From positions 1 to 64,000 of IMG/VR virus record IMGVR_UViG_3300028832_000123: a stretch of 64,000 nt of DNA; one strand, 5' to 3'. This DNA comes from a virus. Lineage: Duplodnaviria > Caudoviricetes. Positions 43,717-53,200 of this stretch are shown one piece after another. Below the pieces are notes generated by a model. It did no database searches. It saw only the letters and a program-made list of their open reading frames with translations, and was not told where the DNA came from. Numbering within the stretch: position 1 is the first letter of the stretch; the number at the start of each line of letters is the position of its first letter. Position numbers and translations under genes: made by a program.

Positions 43717-44675
43717 CGGGTAATTATCCGGATCCAGTTAGTAAGCGCTGGCCGGTCCGGATTCAGGTACCCGCCGGTTTCCGCTTCGCTTTCGCTCGCA
43801 TGCAACACCCTGTACAGATCGTCCTTTTTAATCCGGTTCAGTGCGTCAGCTTCCTTAATGATAAACTCACGCACCCTGTCACGAAAATGCTCCCATCCGT
43901 CCGGCAGATCCGTGCGAGTAAGGTTCACGTACGCATCCGTCAGCGTCCGTCCGGCTTGCAGGTCTGCGTCCTGATAATTGTACTCACGGAACTTATCAAG
44001 CACATACAGGTTGCGATCAAAGTGCCCTTCCATGTTTTTCAGCAGCCGACTCTTATCGAGCGTAACACTGCCTTCCCTGTAGCACCACACGTACAACGGT
44101 GCAGGAGCCTTAATATGGCCGATGCGGGATGCGGGTGTAAGTATATTCGCAATCGCATTGAAAGCGCTGTCCTCGCTCATATACAGGTCTTCACAGAAGC
44201 GCAAATGATTATCCTTTATGAAGTCAAGCCTGTAATACTTGTTGTGGATCCATACCAGGTCGAGCTTATCGTGCGGTTGCAACTGTATTCCTTCCGGCCC
44301 GTAACTTTCCATGACGAACCCGCCCCAGAGAATGTCGTAATCGTTCGTTCCGAGAACCTCGAATACAAACCTCAGTGCATAGATACTTGCGTACGTGTCG
44401 TCACAGTCGCAGAAGCATACCCACTTTGCGTCGGCATGGTCAATACCGTAGTTCCGTGTAGCTGACACACCTTTATGCGGGAGCTTTGTCTGTACGACCT
44501 GGCACGGGACGTGAGAAAAGTTCTTTTTCGGGAACGGATCCGTTCCGTCATGAATGAGATGTACACGCATTTGCGAGAAGTCCACACCCTTCTGGCATGA
44601 GAGCATGTCGAAGAACGGACGGACAATGCTCCAGTCCTCAGTATAGTGTGGCATAATTATCTCAAGCGTTTTCAT
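43701..44675 (-). CDS. glycosyltransferase family 2 inside the tail module
   Basis: IIMPHY, IHDG, GVSATRNYGI, WVCFCDCDD, SEDSAF. Confidence 0.9.
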   Translation of the reverse strand: MKTLEIIMPHYTEDWSIVRPFFDMLSCQKGVDFSQMRVHLIHDGTDPFPKKNFSHVPCQVVQTKLPHKGVSATRNYGIDHADAKWVCFCDCDDTYASIYALRFVFEVLGTNDYDILWGGFVMESYGPEGIQLQPHDKLDLVWIHNKYYRLDFIKDNHLRFCEDLYMSEDSAFNAIANILTPASRIGHIKAPAPLYVWCYREGSVTLDKSRLLKNMEGHFDRNLYVLDKFREYNYQDADLQAGRTLTDAYVNLTRTDLPDGWEHFRDRVREFIIKEADALNRIKKDDLYRVLHASESEAETGGYLNPDRPALTNWIRIITRCKTG

Positions 44676-44938
44676 TCTTTTCTCAGCCCCGCAGTCATAA
44701 AGTCATCGTCCTCACGTTTGACGTCAAACAGATACGTGAATCCGGTGTAGACCATTACGTCGTTTCCGTTGGTGTACGTAATGCTCGACGTGTTTTCCGG
44801 ATTGTTCAGAATAAGGAACATATCCTGATAGGTAACGTTCTGATCGTATACGTATACGAACAAGTTAATCCCGCTTTTTATAACGTAGCTGTTATTGAAT
44901 ACAGTGCCGTCATTCAGCGTCAGGTACTGCTGTTCCAT
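44672..44938 (-). CDS. small tail-associated protein
   Basis: 88 aa, coupled to neighbours. Confidence 0.65.
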   Translation of the reverse strand: MEQQYLTLNDGTVFNNSYVIKSGINLFVYVYDQNVTYQDMFLILNNPENTSSITYTNGNDVMVYTGFTYLFDVKREDDDFMTAGLRKE

Positions 44939-45236
44939 CCGGTTCCTCTCCTTCCTTTACTTCCATGATTCCGAATTCAGGGACAAGGGGTTCCTCGGCT
45001 GCCTTGGCTTTTTCTTTCTTTACGGCATCGGCGATGTGGCGCAGGGATTCAATGTTCATGCCGATGTCATTTGCAAACGGCATGGCAACATCAACAGGGA
45101 AGAACTCGTACAACTTGCCAATGATTGCACCAAGGTTGCGGTTGATCTGAAGCAGTGCATCGTCAACGTTTATTGTTTGATGCTGTGCTTCTTCTTTCTG
45201 GATTGTTCCTACTTCGACGATGGGTTCATTTTCCAT
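44910..45236 (-). CDS. hypothetical acidic protein
   Basis: 108 aa with SD. Confidence 0.6.
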   Translation of the reverse strand: MENEPIVEVGTIQKEEAQHQTINVDDALLQINRNLGAIIGKLYEFFPVDVAMPFANDIGMNIESLRHIADAVKKEKAKAAEEPLVPEFGIMEVKEGEEPDGTAVPDAE

Positions 45237-45253
45237 GATGATTCCTCCTTAAA

Positions 45254-48200
45254 TTATGTTATCTGTGTGTAGTAGTACTTTGTACCGCCACAACTGGAAA
45301 CCTTAAACCATACCCATCTGTTATTCTTAAAATTGGATACTTTTGTAAGGCTTGACTGTGAGCATCCCATTGCCTGTGACGCTGCTGATTTTACATTCGC
45401 CTCAGTTGCAGAGCTTGGCATATACCATGAGGAATTGGTTGAAATTGTAGGAGCGCTATGAGAAGATGTAGGGACATAATATGTTTGTCCGTAATCGCTG
45501 AACTTACAATCTCCACCGCCATCATATCCGCCACGATTATAGCCAACACATATATACGCACCTGGTGTTAGATTTGTGTTGTTTGATCCTGGACCGTTCA
45601 CATAATATAACTTTGGAAGCGGAACATACCAAGTTTTTGATGTCTGGTTATGCCATGTATTGTTAGCGTCTTTATAACGAACATAAACATGACGTGACGT
45701 TCCAGGAACAGAGCAGTCAATAAAGCTTGCATAGCTACCCGGTGTTGACGTATAACCGAAGTTTGCATTATTGAATACCTGAGAAACTCCAGCGTCATAC
45801 CCTGTCTGGTACCTGTCCGCCGGTCCGGTGAGAGTACGTGACGCAACATTCGTTTTGCCTGATGCACCACTTGATGCTTTTGCCTGGGCATAAACCGTAA
45901 CTGTTTCGCCGTATCCGAGCGTTTTTGCTGTTGTACTGTCAAGACCTACCGTCCCGTAGCAACCAGACCATCCGTTTCCATACGCACCATGCGATACACG
46001 AGCAACCGCTGTTCCTGTTGCGCTTCCCACACGGATGTACGCATAGTTATTATCAGCAGACGGATAATAGTTCGTTGTACCCTGATCTCCAACAGCAACG
46101 GAAGGATACTTAACAGCAATGGATCCGTTTGTAGAAGCACCGGTCGGAACACTTAATTTTGCACGGGCTGCAGCCCAACCATCGTTATACGCTTCAAGCC
46201 CGCTTACGGATCCGCCAGAAGAAGCAACCTGCGTTCCGTCACCGTACGCATATCCATATGCCGTATACCTATGTGTACTGCTGTTATAGCTCTGGGAAGA
46301 TACGCCGGCAGTGACCGTCATAGACACGTTGTTTGCGGTACCGCTCGTCGTTTTGCTCACGGTCCATACATTCGCATTATTTCCGGTACCCCAGCTTCCG
46401 GCGACATGTGCGCTGTCATATCCAGGGACGTTAACAGAAATACTTGAAATGCCAACATTACCGCTTGTCGGCGTGTATGTGCCGTTCTCAGTAACGGTTC
46501 GTGTTTCGAGCGGTACGGCAAACTGCGGTGTACTGCCAATACGGCTTCCGCTCATGTTCTGGATCTGTACATTTGTTCCGCTCAGACCAAGCTGATAATT
46601 CAGCTGAGATCCCTGTACTGCGTTACCGCTTTGGTTATCATACGCTTCGATATAATACTGTCCGCTTGCAGCATTAAACCTGGCCTTGGCGTCTACTGAT
46701 GTGACGTTAACTTCTATACTGCTAAGTCCGATATAGTTTGTGTCCGGAGTATACGTACCGTTCGCTGTAACCGTTTTTGTCTGAAGCTTGCTCGCCACGT
46801 TCACCGTCGGGCTGAACACAACACCGTCGCTATACTGTCCGCTTGAGCCATACACAGAGCTGATCGGAATGGTTGCCGTTGTGCCGTTCCATGTGACAGC
46901 GTTCGCCTGAAGCAGACGCTCAAGTGTTTCACCCTGAGGACTGGCGGTAACAGTAAGCTTGCTGCCGGTCCACGAAGCGGACAATGTTGTGCTTCCGCCG
47001 GAAGCGGATCCGTCTGTATATCCTGCGTCGTACGCAGCGTTTGCCAGGATGCCTACTTCCTTGTGCAGAATAACCTTGTCAGCGTCGCCCCCTTCGTCCT
47101 GTGAATAAACATAGTAATCACGCTTTACGTAATGGTTATTGCCGATCTTTTCGTATGTTACCGGATCTGATGTATCCGGAACAATGCCGTCATATACCGT
47201 TCCTACGTTTACGTTTCCCTGCGGGGTTGCGGTTACTGAGTAGTTTCTGCCACTCCAGCTACCGCTCAACTGGGTGGCCCTGCTAAAAGACCATGTGTCC
47301 GTTTGACCACTAAACTTTACAAGGGTAAGTGTATATGTATTGCCGCTTAATGTAAGGTTTGAGCCTGAATAGCCAGAAGCAACACTAAGCTTACCCATAC
47401 CGTATATAGGCTTTATGTAAACAGTATTAGCTTCAACTTCGGTTGCTGTTACCTTTGTGGCGAGAAGGTTTGAAAGTGTTTCGATTTTTGCAGCGATGTA
47501 TTCTGCCGTAACATCGCTCAGGCTTGCCTTGCCGTTAATGACTGTTGTACTCTTTGTATTGCCGATGTATACCTTATCAGCGTCAATTATTGCGTTACTG
47601 CCCTCGGCGTTAATTGCAAGCGCAATCGTTGCCGGCGTAACAACACCGTCCTGACCTGCAACAGGGTAGATCTTTGCGTACCAGTCAGACGCCGTCTGAT
47701 TGACTACGCTACGCATTGAGTTTACTTCGTTAACCAGTTCAGAATGCCAATGCGACGCCGTCTGATCAACATAGCTGTGAAGGCTGTTCACCGTGTCGTC
47801 AAGCTGTGAATGCCAGTAGGACGCCGTCTGCACAACCTCGCTGTGAAGGCTCGTGATATCATTATCAAAAGACGTGCGCAGTCTGCTCTCCGTCATCTGC
47901 AATGCGCTGCGGATACTTGCGTCCGCAGACATAAATTCCAGTCGCAGATGCGATTCCGTATAGTCAAGCACACTGCGGAGATAGCCGTTCTCGTCGAACA
48001 TGGCCCTGTGAATCTCTTCACTGCTCCGCATTCCGCCTGTCCCACGACGGTATTTCTTTTTGCTTACCAGGGAAATGGATTCACGTTCCTTATTACCCGT
48101 GGAGTTAACCTGAATATGCGGGGTTCCCTTCCACACCATGCGTGTGCTGTGTACAGGGCTTGAATAATTTCTGCCGTCCTGAGTAATCGTCACGACGTCC

Positions 48201-48313
48201 CCGGACTCCATTGCCCAGTCCGCAAACGTACTTGCTTCATACGGATGATATCCGGATACGCTGTTCAGGCGTTGAAGAATAGGGGTAAGCGACGCACCTG
48301 TTACGTTTGCCAA
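45254..48313 (-). CDS. large tail tip/spike protein with coiled coil and Ser/Thr/Gly-rich modules
   Basis: ESGDVVTI OB-like region, 22-aa QTAS.W repeats, duplicated TVT.NGTYTP..G.SSI.VNV, repeated AY..G(Y/W) motifs. Confidence 0.8.
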   Translation of the reverse strand: MANVTGASLTPILQRLNSVSGYHPYEASTFADWAMESGDVVTITQDGRNYSSPVHSTRMVWKGTPHIQVNSTGNKERESISLVSKKKYRRGTGGMRSSEEIHRAMFDENGYLRSVLDYTESHLRLEFMSADASIRSALQMTESRLRTSFDNDITSLHSEVVQTASYWHSQLDDTVNSLHSYVDQTASHWHSELVNEVNSMRSVVNQTASDWYAKIYPVAGQDGVVTPATIALAINAEGSNAIIDADKVYIGNTKSTTVINGKASLSDVTAEYIAAKIETLSNLLATKVTATEVEANTVYIKPIYGMGKLSVASGYSGSNLTLSGNTYTLTLVKFSGQTDTWSFSRATQLSGSWSGRNYSVTATPQGNVNVGTVYDGIVPDTSDPVTYEKIGNNHYVKRDYYVYSQDEGGDADKVILHKEVGILANAAYDAGYTDGSASGGSTTLSASWTGSKLTVTASPQGETLERLLQANAVTWNGTTATIPISSVYGSSGQYSDGVVFSPTVNVASKLQTKTVTANGTYTPDTNYIGLSSIEVNVTSVDAKARFNAASGQYYIEAYDNQSGNAVQGSQLNYQLGLSGTNVQIQNMSGSRIGSTPQFAVPLETRTVTENGTYTPTSGNVGISSISVNVPGYDSAHVAGSWGTGNNANVWTVSKTTSGTANNVSMTVTAGVSSQSYNSSTHRYTAYGYAYGDGTQVASSGGSVSGLEAYNDGWAAARAKLSVPTGASTNGSIAVKYPSVAVGDQGTTNYYPSADNNYAYIRVGSATGTAVARVSHGAYGNGWSGCYGTVGLDSTTAKTLGYGETVTVYAQAKASSGASGKTNVASRTLTGPADRYQTGYDAGVSQVFNNANFGYTSTPGSYASFIDCSVPGTSRHVYVRYKDANNTWHNQTSKTWYVPLPKLYYVNGPGSNNTNLTPGAYICVGYNRGGYDGGGDCKFSDYGQTYYVPTSSHSAPTISTNSSWYMPSSATEANVKSAASQAMGCSQSSLTKVSNFKNNRWVWFKVSSCGGTKYYYTQIT

Positions 48314-49456
48314 TTATTCCACCCCCTTTAATAACGGATTGTCCTGAATCAGATATGTCACGCCGTCACCGAGACCATTATAAATATCATAATCGCCGTT
48401 GGACGCACGGTTGCACACACGATCAATCTGCTGCGTTTCGTACCAGTACGGATGGAATTCATCGTACCCATGCTCGTCCAGTTCCTGATCAGTGGACTGT
48501 ACCCACGTAAAGCAAAGCACACCTTCACGATTAAATTTCAGATTGCTCGCTCCGGCTTCCGCAATCCATCCCATAACCTCACGCATGGTCACTCGCCCGA
48601 AGTCCTCAGGCTCCCTGTTAATGACCGCCGTACTATTGATAAACGTACTTGTTTCATACTGTACGCCGACATAGTTGCAAAGCGCTGCGAACAGGTTGCC
48701 GATGGTAATCGGGTAGGTAATGTTCAGATCAGCAGCTGACGGCATGTCATCCTCAAATCTCTGCATGTAATCATATGCCGTGAAATGGATATTGATAACA
48801 GACGGCACGTTCGGACGATCCGCTGTAAAGTGCCCGAGCGGGACAAATTCATATGTCCGGAGCAGGGTGCCCTGCCAGATCCGCAGGATGTTGTTCGCAA
48901 AGTGGATCCCTTTCCCTACCCACTTTGCCATCTGTGCGATCATAAAGTCATTCAGGGTTACACTGTTCTGATAGGTGCCTGTGCTGTCTTTATATACCTT
49001 TACTGAATCGTTTTGCAGATAACAGTACACATAATCACCGTAAATCAGCATGCTCATAACTCTGGCCGTAGGCTGACTGTTCACCGCTGTTCCGTCCCGC
49101 TTAAGATACGGGCTTTCCGTATATGCCACGTACGTATGGCTTGCGGAACTCGCCTGTACAAAACCGTTTGCAGTGACTGTGCTTGCGCCGATCTGCGCTC
49201 CAATGGTTGCTTCAAAATCTCCGAACTCGTAATTGTCAAGCAACCCGTTGTCGTTCAGCAGATCAAATGTAAGCTCATTGCTCGGCGTCTGTCCGATGGC
49301 AATGTCTTCTTCGGCATTGAATAAATCCTTAAACTCAATGCCTTTTGACACATCAATATCTGCGCTTGTGAACACAGCATCCTCAAAAATAAGCAAGGGG
49401 ATCTGATGCGCCCCGTTTGCCACTGCGCTGTGGAATGCCGCGCTTGCGTTGTACAT
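48314..49456 (-). CDS. baseplate hub/Tal-like tail protein
   Basis: Position after Dit; TYPITIGNLFAALC, REVMGWIAE, IQDNPLL. Confidence 0.7.
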   Translation of the reverse strand: MYNASAAFHSAVANGAHQIPLLIFEDAVFTSADIDVSKGIEFKDLFNAEEDIAIGQTPSNELTFDLLNDNGLLDNYEFGDFEATIGAQIGASTVTANGFVQASSASHTYVAYTESPYLKRDGTAVNSQPTARVMSMLIYGDYVYCYLQNDSVKVYKDSTGTYQNSVTLNDFMIAQMAKWVGKGIHFANNILRIWQGTLLRTYEFVPLGHFTADRPNVPSVINIHFTAYDYMQRFEDDMPSAADLNITYPITIGNLFAALCNYVGVQYETSTFINSTAVINREPEDFGRVTMREVMGWIAEAGASNLKFNREGVLCFTWVQSTDQELDEHGYDEFHPYWYETQQIDRVCNRASNGDYDIYNGLGDGVTYLIQDNPLLKGVE

Positions 49457-49491
49457 ACATGATCCCCTTTCTTGTACCTGCCGATGAAATA

Positions 49492-49521
49492 ATTATACTA
49501 CATGTTGTAGTAATGAATCAA
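49492..49521 (-). promoter_or_regulatory. promoter with perfect 17-bp palindrome in the spacer
   Basis: TTGATT-18-TATAAT; TACTACA-N3-TGTAGTA at 49496-49512. Confidence 0.75.
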
Positions 49522-50213
49522 TACTCAATAAACTTGACCTTCAATGAAAACTGTGCGATATCCGCCTTTTCCTGTAAGTAATAATGCGCCTTGCCGGTCC
49601 GGTCACCAACGTAGTACGTTCCGGTGTAGGTGCCGTTGAACGTCCTCGGATCGATTGCGGTGAACGTGAACTGCGGAGAGTTGATCATTCCGAGAATCTG
49701 CTGAAGCATGGCCCAGTCAAGGCTGTTCCAGCTTATCTCAAAGTTGATCTTTGTCGCAACATACGCACGGTGCAGAAGACCTGTTGCGTCACGGCTGCCG
49801 GACGTGTCGAGGTCGCCGATCTGATACGAGAACTCCGACGGATCCGGAACGTTCGTGCCGTTGATCTGGAAGCCCATTGTATATTTATATCTGCGCATAA
49901 TAGGTCGCTCCGTCCTTTCCTGTGAGTAGTACCATTCCTGGCGAAGGTGAAGACGCTCGGCATAGTCGTCCGCTTCTGCGTCTGTATCGAATATGCCGAG
50001 GTATTCACCTGTGTCCTCAAAGTACGCAATGGCGTCTTCCATACTAAGGATCTCGCCGGCACATACGGTAGGGATGAGATATACCTTATCGTCATACCCT
50101 ACCGATATCGACAGCTCTGTGCTGTACTCGCCGTCGTGATAGACAACGATTCGATTGTTCAGATCGATGTTGCCTTTACCCCATCTTCCTATGGTGTCGT
50201 CAAAGTACGTCAT
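49518..50213 (-). CDS. distal tail (Dit-like) protein with extra N-terminal domain
   Basis: After TMP; C-terminal INGTNVPDPSEF..GSRDATGLLHR..YYVGDR; N-terminal GNIDLNNR..LIPTV..YLGIFDT..ADDYAERLH. Confidence 0.7.
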   Translation of the reverse strand: MTYFDDTIGRWGKGNIDLNNRIVVYHDGEYSTELSISVGYDDKVYLIPTVCAGEILSMEDAIAYFEDTGEYLGIFDTDAEADDYAERLHLRQEWYYSQERTERPIMRRYKYTMGFQINGTNVPDPSEFSYQIGDLDTSGSRDATGLLHRAYVATKINFEISWNSLDWAMLQQILGMINSPQFTFTAIDPRTFNGTYTGTYYVGDRTGKAHYYLQEKADIAQFSLKVKFIEY

Positions 50214-53200
50214 TCAGGCGTCGCCTCCCATCCGACCATTTTCGTCCAGGCAGCATTGCTCTTTGCGTTATGCTCACCCCATCCGGAGTTCGGCGTAACG
50301 TTGATGTTCCATTCCTTCTGCAATAGCTGACTCAGCAGGGATACGCATGTAGCGAGCTGTGCAACCATGTCTGCGCTGCCACGCTGTACGCCGGCAGCAA
50401 CGGTGCTTGCTTCAGCCTGAGGATCGTTCGGCTCGGTCTTGACCGTTGTGTCGGAAGGCGTGTAGTTGTTGTAGCTCGTGTCGCTGTAGTTGAAGCCTGC
50501 ACTGGCAGAGAGCCGGACCGGAACAAGATTCGCTGTATTAATCTCCGGAGTAATACCTTCAAGCTTACCACTATTGTTGATGTCTTCTCCATTGTATTCA
50601 CGAATCTTTTTAATCAGTTCGTCATAGGATTTGGTGACTTTTTCTATCTCTTCAGTGTACTCACCCCAGCTGAGATAATCACTCTTTGAAGGATCAATTT
50701 TTGTCCTGTACTGGAGCGCTTCCGTCTCAGCTTCACGAAGACTCTCAAAGAGAGAGGTAATTTCGGATACTTCACTTTCATCAAGCTTGCTGAAGTCAAA
50801 AGCATTAAGGATATCTTCGTAAGACCATCCAAGTGTTTCCTTGAGTTCCTGAATAATGCGAGTAGGATCTGCGAAAGCTTCTTCAAGGGCATTTACGATT
50901 TCTTTCCTTGTTTCATCCGTAAGATAATTCGGATCCTTGTTAATAAGATCCAGTTCATATGCTACAGAAAACTTTAATGCATCGTCAATATTGCCGGCCA
51001 TCATTTCATCGTAGAAGGTTTCATAAAGAGCTTCCTTAGATCCTGCGGCATATTGTTCAGCAACATCCGTTTTCCAAACTTCCTTACCGTTCCTGGCGAT
51101 ATACTGCTTCAGCTTTTCCGGAACAGCCAGGCCGGCTTCTTCCATTGCTTTTTCAAGCGGAACAAATACATTATCAACATAGGATTTCAATGCACGTTCG
51201 TCGCTTGAATCCAGTTCAAGATATCCAGCAACAGACTGTTCAACCAATGCAGAAAGGGCATCATTTACGGAATTATTGATTTCTTTTTTCTGATCTTCCC
51301 ATCTTGTGAAATAGAAACTTTCCATACTGTCATAGAAAGCTTTCATGTCATTATATTGATCATCCTTAATGAAGCCCTTATCATGATACTTCTCAAGGTC
51401 TTTACGGCTCTGCTCCAGCGATTCCATTTCCGCATTGTATTGTGCTTCTGCAGCTTCGAGTGCAGGCTGAATAGTATCATTGCCCATGGACTTAATAAAT
51501 TCAACAGCCTTGCCGATAGGATCTTCAGAACCAAAGTCGAAACGCATTCCTTCCGAAAGAGCTACCCTGAATTTGTCGAGACCGGTTTCAGTTTCTTCAG
51601 CAAGCATTTCATACAATTCTTTGTACCGTTTAAGACCTTCTTCATCAATTGTGCCTGTGATGATTTGGTCTTCAAGCATCCGGATTTCCTTTTCAAATGC
51701 GGCATGAGCACCATTCATGATGGTTTCCATCTTGAGAGCTTGTGCCTTATATTCAATTGCAGCTTCTTTGATTTCATCGGATCCGTTCTTAATAGCTTCG
51801 TCCAGACCGGCATACATCGTGCTATAATTTATTTCGCTGATTTCTCTCATTGTTTCAAGCACAATATCCCAGGTAGCTTTAAATGCATCAGCATCCTTTT
51901 TGCTTAATTTTTCATTTCCTTTAATGGTTTCATTAAGTACTTTAATAGACTCAAGCGTATCATTCAGCGTTTGAGTATTTTCACCAAGGGTGATTGATGT
52001 GTTAACAACGAGATTACTATCAGCTGTACGCCTGTCCATTTCGGCCTGCAGTTCTTTCAGATACTCATCCGGATCGATGCCGTCTTTTCCCTGTGCCGCA
52101 AAAGCATCAATGGCCATTTGCTTATATTCAGCATCTTTTTCGGCTTTAATAGAAAGTGCAATACCGATTGTAAGGGCAATCAGACCAGTAACAACACCTG
52201 TTGCGATAGATGCTGCAGTACATGCTCCAGCTGTAGCTGCGATAAGTCCTGCACCAATACCAGACTCAATCGCACCAAGAGCGTTAAGCATGAAGCTCCT
52301 GCCTCTTTGCTGCTGTGCAGCCGCGCCAATAGCATTCTTAATATTTACAATGCCATTAAGAGCAAGCGTAAATGCAGCTGTATAAATTCCGGAACCTGCT
52401 AATATCTTTTCTGCAATTCCTCCGGCAATGGTTGCTCCTACTGCTCCAGTAAGTGCATCAGCAATAAGCCAACCGGGATCACCAGTGTCCGTATAAAGTT
52501 GTCCGGTAAGATCCGTAAGCACAACAGACAATGCAATAGTCGCTCCAGAAGAGAAGCCGAGCGCAATCTTACTGAGTACAGGCAGAACATCAGCAACACC
52601 CTTGCTGAATCTCCACGCAAGCATGCCAGCTTCGATCAGTCCGACTGTCGTAAGAATCGTATTGAAGTTTTCCTTAACAAAGTCAACAATGTCCTTAATC
52701 TTATTGTCGAACCTGTTGACCTCCTCGAACATCTTCAGATAGTCTTCGGCTGTAGTCGTTCCGGCACCGGATCCACCGCCCGTCTGGCTCTGGATAATGT
52801 TCAGTTCATCCCAGTCCGCAAGCAGGTCCTTAATCGCTGCGCCTGCTCCCTTGGCAGCCTTCTTCTGCTTACTGAAAGCTTCAGTCGCAACAGGAAGCGC
52901 ACGAGTCCATGTCTGCTGTCCACCAAGCAGTGCGAAGAACTGGTTCGCATAGTTTACAAGTTGGATGAACCAGTTAACGACTGTGTTCAGGACTGGAACC
53001 AGAGCCTGAATAGCTGGGGCCAGAGCAGCGCCAAGGCTGTTCTTCATCTGGTTAATGGCAGTAGCAGCTGAGTCCATAGCAGGCGCAAACGAACCACCTA
53101 TGGCTTTACTGTATCCGTATACGTTCTGTAAGCCTTCCGAGAATCCGGAAGTGATATGTTTAATAACGCTACGGATCATGCGATACTTAATAATCTGTTT

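Noticed and set aside
34337-48313. Diversity-generating retroelement or invertible tail-fibre cassette
   Set aside because: No reverse transcriptase, no TR/VR pair and no inverted duplicate fibre ends seen; the serine recombinase is far from the tail genes.
49496-49512. 17-bp palindrome as a host SOS (LexA) box
   Set aside because: Does not match the Firmicutes CGAAC-N4-GTTCG box or the spacing of the E. coli CTGT-N8-ACAG box; treated as a phage operator instead.
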